Positions 37,917 to 50,600 of a stretch of 64,000 nt of DNA are shown here, one piece after another. The position numbers and the translations under genes are program-made. This DNA comes from Malacoraja senta (taxonomy: Eukaryota): NCBI GenBank assembly GCA_038087875.1, contig CM075986.1, forward strand, positions 33,108,001 to 33,172,000, given 5' to 3'. Under the pieces are notes generated by a model. That model saw nothing but the letters and a program-made list of their open reading frames with translations. It was not told the origin of the DNA and searched no databases. Position 1 is the first letter of the stretch, and each line of letters begins with the position of its first letter.

Positions 37917-38257
37917 ATGGCCTGTCCCACTTACGCAACTTTTTCGGCGACTGCCGGCACCCGTCATTGGCCATTGCAGGTCGGCGGAAATTTTCAACAT
38001 GTTGAAAATTCAGCGGTGACCAGAGAGACGCTATGAATCTTTGTGCGACTGAGGAGACTACTCACGACCATACAGTCGACACCCTGACGACATGTCACGG
38101 GGTGAAGCCTATATGGTCGTGAGTAGTCGCCCAAAGAGTCGTACCTTGTTCTGGTCGCCACTGGATTTTCAACATGTTGAAATTTTTCGGTGACCTGTAA
38201 CGACCGATGACAAGTGCCGGCAGTCGCCGAAAAAGTTGCGTAAGTGGGACAGGCCCT
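37917..38257. mobile_element. Harbinger-type palindromic MITE in the CH3'-CH4' intron
   Basis: Perfect 42-bp inverted repeats near the termini (GGCCTGTCCCACTTACGCAAC...), 3-bp TSD TGA (37914-37916 / 38258-38260). Confidence 0.85.
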
Positions 38258-38299
38258 TGAGGAAGAGGGTCTCACATCTACTTTGCTCCTCTGTTCCAG

Positions 38300-38618
38300 T
38301 TGAAACAAAAAGAGCCAAGGTCAGACTGCTGCCTCCAGCTCACCAAGAGAACCAAGCGTAGCCACACAGCCACCCTCGAGTGTGTGCTCTCTGGTTTCTA
38401 CCCGGACCTCATTAATGTCACTTGGGAGAAAGACGGAGCCCTGATCTCCTCCACCACCAGCGCTACACCGACTGCTCTGGAGCAGGGGGGGACTTTCAGT
38501 GCCAGCCACTTCCTGACTGTGAGTTCAGAGGATTGGAAGCAAGGCTCAGTCTTCGGCTGTACAGTGTCTCATCCCCCCTCCAACACCAGTATCAGCCGGG
38601 AAGTGAAAAGCTTTCAAG
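38300..38618 (+). pseudogene. IgW: Duplicated CH4-like exon (CH4') with +1 frameshift
   Basis: Splice frame VETKRAKVRLLPPAHQE then TAG at 38359-38361; one extra base near 38350 shifts away from TKRSHTATLECVLSGFYPDLINVTW...FGCTVSH; donor GTACGG at 38619. Confidence 0.85.
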
Positions 38619-40847
38619 GTACGGTGCTGGGATTCACTCTAATGATCACATCTTTTGCCCCGTCACAAAATAGGGCCAGGCAAGTTTAGCACTGAAGGAC
38701 AGGTGTTGTAGTGTGTGAGGGAGTGAGTGATAACCAAGAGGCCTGGACTAGGGTCAAGAAGAGTCAAGAGTGTTTTATTGTCATATGTCCCGGACGGGAC
38801 AATGAAATTCTTACTTGCTGCAGCACAACAGAATATGTGAATATGTAAACATAGTACATAACGGGGGAAGAGAAAAAAAGAAAAAGTTCAATAAATAACA
38901 AATAGTGCAAATAACAAACAATAATATAGTCTTTTGCAGTTCAGTGCTCAGAGCTTATTCATTGTTGTGTTTAATAGCCTGATGGCTGTGGGGAAGTAGC
39001 TGTTCCTGTACCTGGAAGTTACAGTTTTCAGGCTCCTGTACCTTCTTCCTGATGGCTATGGTGAAATGAGTGTGTGGCCAGGATGGTGTGGGTCCTTGAT
39101 GATGTTGGCTGCCTTTTTGAGGCAACGACTACGATAGATCCCTCCGATGGTGGGGAGGTCAAAGCCGGCGATGAACTGGGCAATGGTCACAACTTTTTGT
39201 AGTCTTTTTCGCTCCTGGACGTTCAAGTTGCCGAACCAGGCCACGATGCAACCAGGACTAGGACACAATGCTATATATTTCTGTGCTTTCACAACTTCAG
39301 TTTCTTCCAAAACACCTCAGTGGCCAGGACACTGAGAAGACCAAGCCTGCTGTTCTTCAAAATTAGTGTCACAGGGTCAGCCCACTCATTGTTGTCGGCC
39401 CTCTGTGTGTGGCATCTCAGAATAGTTGTCTTGCTGCTAATTTGAAGAGTGGGGTCGAGTATTTGTATTTGTACAATTGTTTGTCAACACTGGAAAAGAG
39501 GTCCATCAGAAAGTCCATTGTGTGGATGGAGCTGGGTACTAGCCTGTTGGCATTGGAGTGATCATGGAGTCATAGATTTATAGAGTACGGTAACAGGCCC
39601 TTCGGCTCAGCTTGCCTTTGCCAACCAAGCTGCCCGATCTACACTAGTCACGGCTCCCCTTGTTTGGCCCAAATCACTAATCATCTCACATTCATAAGTG
39701 AGAGATGCAGAATTAGGCCATTTGGCCCATCAAGTCTACTCCGCCATTGAATCATGGCTGATTTATCTCTCCTTCCTAACCCCATTCTCCCCTTGACACC
39801 AATACTAATCAAGAATCTATCTATCTCTGCTATAAAAATACCCATTGAGTGGGCCTCCACAGCCTTCTGTGGCAATGAATACCTCAGATTCACTACCCTG
39901 TGACTAAAGAAATTCCTCCTCATCTTCCTAGAGGAACATCCTTTAATTCTGAGGCTATGGTCCTAGACTCTGCCACCAGTGGAATCATCCTCTCTACATC
40001 CACTCTATCCAGGCTTTTCACTATTGGTCCTATCCATGTACCTGTCCAAATAACTTTTAAACATTGTTATAGTTTCTGCCTCAACTACCTCCTCCCGCAG
40101 CACATTCCATGTCCCCAGTGCCCTCTGTTTGAAAACGTTGCCCCTCAGATTCCCATTAAATCTGTCCCCCCTCACCTTAACCCCATGTCCTCTGGTTCTT
40201 GATTCCCCTACTCTGGGTGAAGGAGCCTGGTTGTACATCTGTGTGTCTAACAATCTCCTGCACTCTGTCAAATATGGTTATCTCCTCTTGTGATATTGTG
40301 CCGATGTTGTGGTTAGTTGAGCAGTTGGTACTCTTGAGGAAAGGGAATGTCTCTCCAGAAAGTCACTACTATTCAGTGTCTTGTGCAGACTGTTGTTCCA
40401 GGGTTCACATCGGTGAACATTACTCAGCCAGGGAGAGTACGTCAACTGAGAATGAAAATGGATTCCAGACCAAATCCATATCAAACATCACTTTTTGGTT
40501 AAACATAACTAGTTGCATCGTGGCTTGGTTCGGCAACTTGAACGTCCAGGAGCGGAAAAGAATGCAGAAAGTTGTGACCACTGCCCAGTCCATCATCGGC
40601 TCTGACCTCCCCACCATCGAAGGGATCTATTGCAGTCGCTGCCTCAAAAAGGCTGCCAACATCATCAAAGACCCGCACCATCCTGGACACACACTCATCT
40701 CTCCGTTGCCATCGGGAAGAAGATACAGGAGCTTGAAATCTGGAACATCCAGGATCAGGAACAGCTACTTCCCCACAGCCATCAGGCCATCAAACAAACT
40801 CAGAACTATAACAGCCTATCGCACTTTATCTGTTTATTTATTGTGTA

Positions 40848-42643
40848 TCTATATTACTAAAAGTCTGATCTTGACCACTTCCTGTTGTTCTGTATATTGA
40901 TCTTAGAAAAAAACATTGCCACTTAACCGCTGTGATTTTTGGCGATCTTACTCAGAGTCCCCTTCCGCTGTGCAGGACAAGAGGATTTTTCCCATCGATA
41001 ATTTTTTAAAAAAAAGTTAAGTGTTTAAAAAATGATGAGATACTCCCTCCTGAAGGCCACGCCCCTTCCGGAGGGACTATAAAACCCGGATGTGTTCAGT
41101 GCCTCAGTCAGTCTCTGCAAGATGGGGGAGCGAGGGGGTCACGTCTCTCAGTCTGAGCTGTGAATAATACTGAATACATGTCTACTAAACTGTGAGTGGT
41201 TTTACTGACCTGTCAGTGCCCTTAATGTGGTTTGAAAATATAGTTTGGAAATGCTCAAGCTGTGTTGCCTTTGGCTTGGAAATGCTAAAGCTGTGTGCCT
41301 AATTAAAGTTGCCTTGCCTAATTAAAGTTGCCTTGCCTAATTAAAGTTGCCTTGCCTAATTAAAGTTGCCTTGCCTAATTAAAGTTGCCTTGCCTTCGAT
41401 ATAATTAAAAGTCTAATCTTGACCACTTCCTGTTTGCGTTTTATATTGATTTTAGAAAACACTCTACCATGTATGGCTGTGATTTTTGGCCATCTTACTC
41501 AGAGTCCCCCTCCGGTCATCAGATGCCGAGGATTTTTCCCATTTATTAGTGTTGAAATTCTTTTGAGATTCTCTCTCCTGTCAATCACGCCATGAAGGCC
41601 ATGCCCCTTCTGGTGGGAGGGGGGAGGGACTATAAAACCCAGAAGTGTGGGCGTGGCTCAGTCTCTGCAAGGTGGAGGAGGGTGAGGTCACGACTCGCTG
41701 TCTTTAGTGGCCTTGCACCCTGCATGAAATGATATGAAACTGCACTTGAATTTGGTGGCCTTGCAACCTGCTTGAAGTGGTAAGAATTTGGTCCCCTAAT
41801 TTGAGGAAGGACATTCTTGCTATTGAGGGAGTGCAGCGTAGGTTTACAAGGTTAATTCCCGGGATGGCGGGACTGTCATATGCTGAGAGAATGGAGCAGC
41901 TGAGCTTGTACACTCTGGAGTTTAGAAGGATGAGAGGGTATCTCATTGAAACATATAAGATTGTTAAGGGCTTGGACACGCTAGAGGCAGGAAACATGTT
42001 CCCGATGTTGGGGGAGTCCAGAACCAGGGGCCACAGTTTAAGAATAAGGAGTAAGCCATTTAGAACGGAGACAAGGAAACACTTTTTCTCACAGAGAGTG
42101 GTGAGTCTGTGGAATTTTCTGGATGCTTTCAAGAGAGAGCTAGATAGGGCTCTTCAAAATAGCGGAGTCAGGGGATATGGGGAGAAGGCAGGAACGGGGT
42201 ACTGATTGGGGATGATCAGCCATGATCACATTGAATGGCGGTGCTGACTCGAAGGGCCGAATGGTCTACTCCTGCACCTATTGTCTATTGTCTATTGAAA
42301 CTGCAGTTCAATTTGGTGGCCTTGCACCCTGCTTGAAATGGAATTTCAAGGAATAGCTGTGAGTCAACTGCCAGCCCACCAGCCGTGAGTGAGTGAGCTG
42401 CCAGCACAACAGGCTTGAGTGACTGAGCCGCCAGCCCAAGAATCCATTCGGCACACAATGTCCATACTAGTTCTCTGGAAACCAGTCCCTTTGGCCCAAA
42501 ACATCCATACTAGCGCTACAGAAAGCCTCCCCCCCTCCCCCCACTGGCCACCAATATTGGGTTTGGTGGAGAGGTGGAATATTGCGTTGGGGGACCAGCC
42601 CTCCCATGTGATGCTGGGACCCAACGGGTCCCACTTAGTCTAG
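40848..42643 (+). mobile_element. Non-autonomous Helitron containing a CR1 fragment
   Basis: 5' A|TC, 3' hairpin GGGACCC-AAC-GGGTCCC (42616-42632) then CTAG|T; inserted between A and T of a Rex1-like 3'UTR; internal 20-bp-unit tandem repeat and CR1 piece (about 41785-42295). Confidence 0.8.
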
Positions 42644-45600
42644 TATATATATATATGGTCATATGGTCTATGGTCTATAGACACACTGAACATTTATCTC
42701 CTGTTCTGTATTATGTTTACATGTTCTGTTGTGCAGCAGCAAGCAAGAATTTCATTGCCCTATCTGGGACACATGACAATAAAACTCTCTTGACTCTTGA
42801 AACATCAATTACCAAAGTTTCAGAGAACTTGCAGTTACTATGATAACATCTTTGTGTCAGGTCTGATCCTGCATGAAACCTGCAGAGACCCCACGAGAGG
42901 CTACATGTGTGTTTGTGTCAATGTAACTTATCAATGTTAAATAAACAATATACATGTAGTGTTGGTGTTCACCCGACGCCGGAGCACCATCACCCGGCGA
43001 AGAAGGGCCTGAAAAATCAGGCCCCGTAGCGGCGACTGCGGAGGCCACAATAGGCCCGACTATGGGTGGACATGGGGATGGGGACTGGACTCTGTGCCTT
43101 CCCTCATAATGGGAACCATTGTGGGGGATGTTTTTTTATGTTTATTGTTAAATTCTTTAATGTTGTGTCTTACCTTTATCTGTGTGCTGCATGGCAAGAC
43201 AAATTTCACTACACCAATTAGTGTACGTGACGAATAAATGTCCTTCCTTTGTCCCTTTGTCCCTTTGGTGTTGGTGCGTTTTTGGTAGGTGTTGCCAAGT
43301 TGGTGGGGAACAGGTGACCTGGATCTAAGATTGCACATTGTCTTTCACTCTATACATTTCTACAGATTATGTAAATATACATGTATTAGTCTCCTCCGTC
43401 CAAAGAATACAACATTCTGAAGGAGGGTCTCAACCCGAAACGTCACCCATTCCTTTATCCAGAGATACTGCATGTTCTACAGAGTTACTCCAGCATTTTG
43501 TGTCTATCTTCAGTGTAACCAGCATCTGCAGTTCCTTCCCACACATTCCTGATGAACCTTTCTGGTCTTTAAAATATTCAAAGCTAATGAAGAGGGAAAG
43601 GAGTTTTGATCATCTTTGTGAATGCATTTGATAAACTCATTCAGAAAGTGGAAAGATACAGAAGGAAGGGCCAGTGATGAGCTTTGCCTGTGACAATGTG
43701 TTCAGGGCTGAAGCTATTTATTGATAGTTGAGATGTCGGCTAGAAAGCCACACGACCAAGTTTGCTGCTCACACAAGGCAAGCAGAAGTGTCAACAGAGC
43801 ATCTGGATGGTGTCATTGCTGAGATAAGTATACATGAAGTGAATGGGCAAATCTGTGGCAAGGACCTGCTCAATGTGTGTGGACCACATCCAAATACACA
43901 ATAGACAATAGATGCAGGAGTAGGCCATTCGGCCCTTCAAGCCAGCACCGCCATTCAATGTGATCATGGCTGATCATCCCCAATCAGTACCCCATTCCTG
44001 CCTTCTCCCCATATCCCCTGACTCCGCTATCTTTAAGAGCCCTATCTAGCTCTCTCTTGAAAGTATCCAGAGAACCGGCCTCCACCGCTCTCTGAGGCAG
44101 AGAATTCCACAGATTCACAACTCTGTGTGAAAAAGTGTTTCCTTGTCTCCGTTCTAAATGGCTTACCCCTTATTCTTAAATTGTGTCCCCTGGTTCTGGA
44201 CTCCCCCAACATTGGGAACATGTTTCCTGCCTCTAGCGTGTCCAAACCCTTAATAATCATATATGTTTCAATAAGATCCCCTCTCATTCAAGATTCAAGA
44301 GAGTTTATTGTCATGTGTCCTTGATGGGACAATGAAATTCTTGCTTTGCTTCAGCACAACAGAACATAGTAGGCATGACTGCAGAACAGATCAGTGTGTC
44401 CATATTCATGTGTGTATAAATATATACACACATGAATAAATAAACTGATAAAGTGCAAATAAACAGATAATGAGCTATTAATGTTAAGAGTTTTGTCCGA
44501 GCCGAGTTTAATAGCCTGATGGCTGTGGGGAAGTAGCTATTCCTGAACCTGGTCTTTGCAGTCTTCAGCCTCCTGTACCTTCTACCTGAAGGTAGCGGGG
44601 AGATGAGTGTGTGGCCAGGATGGTGTGGGTCCTTGATGATGCTGCCAGCCTTTTTGAGGCAGCAACTGCGATAGATCCCCTCGATGGAAGGGAGGTCAGA
44701 GCCCATGATGGACTGGGCAGTGTTTACTACTTTTTGTAGTCTTTTCCGCTCCAGGGCGCTCAAGTTGCTAAACCAAGCCACGATGCAACAGGTCAGCATG
44801 CTCTCTACTGTGCACCTGTAGAAGTTAGAGAGAGTCCTCCTTGACAAACCAACTCTCCATCAATATCAATCAATATCAGTTTTATTCGTCACTTGCACAT
44901 AAAGTGACGAATAAAGTGCAAGTGAACTAATAAATAATAATAATAAAAGCTTTATTTCAGTACAGGTCCATAGAACACATCAAACAAATGAATTTGCCAG
45001 CAGCGGTACAATGAAAAAAGAACACACAAAAACACAATAAAAAATCTAACACAATCATCCACCACAGCCTTCATCACTGTGGTGGAAGGCACAAAAATTG
45101 GCCAGTCCTCCTCCATTTTCCCCCGGGGTCGGGACCTCAACCCACCGCAGCCACTGCTGCGGTCGTCCAGATGTGCAGACAGGTAAAAGTCCAGGTAAGT
45201 CCAGAATTGGCTCTTCCCCACCGGAGACCGCGGCTTCAGGTTAGTGTAGGCCGCAGGCCGGCGGTCGAAGAGTTAAAGTCCCCGCCACAGCCAGAAGCAC
45301 AGCAGACCACAGGGCCGGCGGTCGAAGCTCCCCTCCAGGGGTCCGCGGCGAGGGACCCCGCTCCTGATGGTAAGTCCACGCCGGGCCCGTGGTAGAAGTA
45401 GGCCGCAGGCCGGCAGTCGGAGCTCTTCTCCTCCCGCTCCACGCCGAGAGTCCGCGCTGCGCCCGCCGTTGAAGCCCCGGGTGCTTCTCCGGGAAATGCC
45501 GCCCGATCCCCGATGTTAGGCCACGGGGGAGGCGACCTGGAAAAAGTCGCCTCTTCGTGGAGGAGGCGACCAAAACGGTTTCCCCCTTACCCCCCCCACA

Positions 45601-47624
45601 CAAGACACACAAAGAAACATTAGAAACATACATTAAAACACACTTCCGTCAACTTCTCAGGAAGTAGAGGCGCTGATGTGCTTTCTTAATAATTGGATCA
45701 GTGTTCTCGGACCAGGAAAGGTCTTCAGAGATATGTACGCCCAGCAATTTGAAGCTCTTGACCCTTTCAACCATCGACCAGTTGATATAAACGGGAATGT
45801 GGTTCCCCATCCTACTGCTTCCACAATCAGTGCCTTGGTTTTGCTGGTGCTGTGGGCCAGGATATTGTGCTGGCACCATATGCACAGTCGCTCGATCTCT
45901 CTTCTATACTCTGATTCATCCCCATCAGTGATACGTCCCACAACAGTGGCGTCGTCAGCGAACTTGATGATGGAGTTCGCACCATGACCGTCTACACAGT
46001 CATGAGTATAGAGTGAGTACAGCAGGGGCTGAGCAAGCAGCCTTGAGATGCTCCCGTGCTGATTGTTATCGAGTATACAAGCCCAGTCGCTCCATTCTCA
46101 CCATACGACAGTCCCGACATCCCGGGAATTAACCTTGTAAACCTACGCTGCACTCCCTCAATAGCAAGAATGTCCTTCCTCAAATTAGGGGACCAAAACT
46201 GCACACAATACTCCAAGTGTGGTCTCACTAGGGCCCTGTACAACTGCAGAAGGACCTCTTTGCTCCTTTGCTCAACTCCTCTTGCTAGGAAGGCCAACAT
46301 GCCATTCGCTTTCTTCACTGCCTGCTGTACCTACCTGCATGCTTACTTTCATGATGCTGAATAAGTTGTCATTTAAGAGGCTAATGGAAGATTTGTTCGA
46401 TGTTTTCACAAATGGGAGCTAACAGAATGGATTATCCTGGGATGATCTATTTACACATCTCCATATTCAGGGACAGTTTCTTCCCAGCTGTTATCAGGCA
46501 ACTGAATCATCCTACCACAACCAGAGAGCAGTCCTGAACTACTATCTACCTCATTGGTGACCCTCGGACTATCTTTGATCAGACTTTACTGGCTTTACCT
46601 TGCACTAAACGTTATTCCCTTATTATGTATGTATAAGTAAGTAAGTAAGTTTATTGGCCAAGTATTCACATACAAGGAATTTGCCTTGGTGCTCCACCCA
46701 CAAGTAACAACATGACATACAGTGACAATTACGAATGACTCAGAAAACACTAAACATTAATAATAATAAAACATCAGGAAGTGGCGGCGCCTAACGGCAG
46801 CGGCTCGACTGCAGTCTGGCTGTCTTTTTTGTTTTTGTCTAGTTAAATGTAGTTGTTTGTGTTTTTTATATTGTTTTTAATTGTGTATATGTGGGGGGTG
46901 GGAACTTAAAAAAATCTCTTCCCTGCACGGGAGACCCGACCTTTTCCCTGTCGGGTCTCCGTTGTCGTTGGGGCCTAGCTCCGTGGAGCGGCCTCCGACC
47001 GGAACGACCTGGGGCCTCCAGTCGCGGAGCCTGTGGAGCTGCGGACTTACTATCGTGGTGCTGGCCGTCCTCGGAGCATGAGGAGCGGGGGTGGCTCGCT
47101 GCTGCGGCCCGACTACAGAGCTCCAGCTGCAGCTGCAGACCCATGGACTGTGACATCGGGAGCTCGCGGGTCCGGGTGGGAGACCGCTTTCCGGAGCTCC
47201 CGCAACGCAACTTCTCCCACCCGTGTCACGGGGTTGGAACGACTCGGAGCGGGGCCGTAAATCGCCCGGCGCGGCTTAATGACCGCGGGACATTCCAGCG
47301 CCCGCCGGGGGCTCCAACTTGGTGACGTTTGGGCCCGGAGCGAGACCGTATACCGCCCGGCGCGGCCTCAACGGCCGTGGGACTTGACATTGCCCGCCTG
47401 GGACTTCAACATCGGGAGAAAAATCGTGCAGGGGAGAGAAAAGACTTTGCCTTCCATCACAGTGAGGAGGAGATTCACTGTGATGGATGTTTTTCTGTAG
47501 ATTGAATTGTTTGTGTGTCTTTTAGGAATTGTTTTGTTTGTATGGCTGTGGAAATGGAATTTCGTTTGAGCCTCTTTGAGGTTCAAATGACAATAAAATC
47601 TAATCAATCAATCAATTAATGATA

Positions 47625-50600
47625 AAACACCATTGATCAAGCATGTGAACCAACAAAATACCAGATCAAAGGGAGGCTACAGATTTTTGGCTGTTTCGCA
47701 ACTACTCGTGGATAAAAACTGTTTTTATGTCTGGATGTGGCAGCTTTGACAGTCCGGAGTCGCCTTCCAGAGGGAAGTGATTCAAAGAGTTTGTGGCCAG
47801 GGTGAGAGGGGTCAGAGATGATCTTGCCCGCTCGCTTCCTGGCCCTTGCAGTGTACAGTTCATCAATGGAGGGAAGGTTGCAGCCAATAATCTTCTCTGC
47901 TGATCGGACGATTCGCTGCAGCCTCCAGGTGTCATGCGTGGTGGCTGAGCCAAACCAGACCATGATGGAGAAGGTGAGAACAGACTCTACGATGGCCGTG
48001 TAGAATTGGACCATCATTGCCTGTGGTAGATTGTGCTTACTCAGCTGCCGCAGGAAGTACATCCTCTGTTGTGCCTTTTTGACTGTGGAGTCGGTGGTAG
48101 CCCCCCACTTAAGGTCCTTGGATATGATGGTTCCCAGGAACTTAAAAGACTCCACAAATGTGACTGTGGTGTTGTTGATGGTGAGTGGGGTGAGGGGAGG
48201 GGCAGCTCTCCTAAAGTCTACAATCAATTCCACTGTCTTAAGAGCATTGAGCTCTAGGTTGTTGCTACGGCACCAGGATGCCAGCTGTGACACTTCCTGT
48301 CTGTAGGCAGATTCCTCCCCATCCTGGATCAGTCCAATCAGGGTTGTGTCATCCGCAAACTTGAGAAGCTTTACAGAGGTGTCTGTGGAGGTGCAGTCTT
48401 TGGTGTAGAGAGAGGAGAGAGTACGCAGCCTTGCGGTGCTCCTATGCTGAGTGTTTGCGGATCCGAGATGTGCTTTCCCAGCCTCACATGCTGCTTCCTG
48501 TCTGTCAGGAAGTTGGTGATCCACTGACAAAGGGGTTCAGGCACAGTCAACTCGGAAAGTTTGGAGTGTAGTAGCTCTGGCACAATGGTGTTGAATGCAG
48601 AGCTAAAATCAACAAACAGGATCCTCGCATAGGTCCCCTGGCGGTCCAGGTGCTGTAGGATGAAGTGCAGTCCCAGGTTGACTGCATCATCCACAGATCT
48701 ATTGGCCCGATATGCAAACTGCAGAGGGTCCAGCAGGGAGTTTGTGATATTTTTCAGCTTGGCCAGCACAAGCCTTTCAAGTGTCTTCATGACTACAGAG
48801 GTCAGTGCGACAGGCCTGTAGTCATTAAGACAAGTAATCCTTGCCTTTTTGGGCACAGGGACAATAGCGGAGACTTTGAAGCAGGCAGGGACAGTACATA
48901 TTTGCAGGGACTGGTTAAAAATGTCTGTATAGACCGGTGCCAGAGCTTAAGAGTAGAGGGGGAAACATTGTCAGGTCCTGGAGATTTCCGGCTCTTTTGT
49001 TCTCTGAAAAGCCTCTCCACCTCCTCTATTTTTATTGTTGATATTGGATAAGTTATGTTGTGCAGCACAGAGGGTGTGGATGATTGGGTGTGAAGTGGTG
49101 ATTGGAGGGAGGGGCGTGTAGAAAGGCACAGTCCTTGCAGACTGAGGTCAGGCTGTGAGTGGGTGTGAAGTGTTGGTTGTGGTGGGAAATGGTCCAGTCT
49201 TTTCATACTGGAGTCTTGCCTTAAGTAGGTGTGATGTGGTGAAAGGGAAGGAGAGGGTGCAGGGTCCATTCTTTGTAGACTGGGGTCTGGCTGTGTTGGT
49301 TGAGGAGGGGGGGGGGAGTGGTTCCAGGGGTACGTTTCTGATTTTCAAACCTGCAGTAAAACTCATTCAGGTCGTTGGTCAGCTGACGATTGTCCGAAGA
49401 GCAGGGGGCTTTCCTCTTGTAGCTGGTAATTTCTTGCAAGCGAGTACCTTTCCTTGGCAGCTCTGATTCCTCTTCTCAGCTTGTACTTGGCCTGCCTGAA
49501 GTGGTCTGCATCCCCGCTCCTGTAGGCCTCCTCTTTAGACCGTCGGAGCTGTCTGAGTTCAGCAGTGAACCAGGGCTTGTTGTTGTTGAACCATGTCCGG
49601 GTCTTAGTTAGAATGCAACTGTCCTCGCAAAAGATGACATATCGTCAAGTCAAGTCACATTTATTTATATAGCACATTTAAAAAACAACTCTCGTTGGCC
49701 AAAGTGCTTTACATTTGTTATAAGAATAGCACAAACAAAACAAACTACATACATATATACATGTAGCCCTCACTCAGAGGACATCAGGAAAGGCTTGGGA
49801 GTATAGATAAGTCTTTAGTCTTGACTTAAAAGAGTCGATGGAGGGGGCAGTTCTGATGGGAAAGGGGATGCTGTTCCACAGTCCAGGGCAAAGGCGCGGT
49901 CGCCCCTGAGCTTATGCCTAGACCGTGGGATATTCAGCAACCACAAGTTGGCCGATCTGAGGGGCCTGGAGGTGGAGTGGTGGGTGAGAAGACTTTTTAT
50001 GTAGGTGGGGGCAAGCCAATTGAGGGCTTTGTACACATGGAGGAGGATCTTGAAGTTTATACGGAACCGCACAGGGAGCCAGTGGAGAGAGGCCAGGATC
50101 GGGGTGATGTGGTCCCTTTTTCGGGTGCCCGTCAGGAGTCTCGCTGCGGCGTTTTGGACCAGTTGCAGGCTGAACAGGGAAGATTGGCTGATGCCAGTGT
50201 AAAGGGAGTTGCAGTAATCTAGGCGGGAGGAGATGAATGTGTGGATGATCTTTTCGAGGTCATCAAACTGGAGGAATTGTTTTATTTCAGTTATCGTCCG
50301 AAGCTGAAAGAAGCTAGCTTTTACCACGGCATTGACTTGTTTGTCAAATTTCAGTGCTGAGTCAAATATCATGCCAAGATTTTTAACGTGAAGTTTGAGT
50401 AGTGGGGTAAGGCTTCCAAGGCTGCCTGCTATCATTTTGATTGAGTCCGAGGGGCCTAGAAGGATGACCTCAGACTTACTCTCGTTTAGTTGGAGGAAGT
50501 TCTGGGCCATCCAACACTTTATATCCTCGAGGCAGTGGGTAAGGTTAAATTGATTGGTTTTTGGGCTTCAGAGGGAGATAGAGTTGTGTATCGTCTGCGT

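Noticed and set aside
37568-38618. CH3'/CH4' as an assembly duplication
   Set aside because: They are too diverged from CH3/CH4 (many substitutions, an indel, different MITE positions).
44880-47620. GC-rich ORF clusters (45171-45633, 46866-47500) as genes or CpG-island promoters
   Set aside because: No recognisable domains; A-rich tails and position among LINE fragments suggest unclassified non-autonomous repeats.
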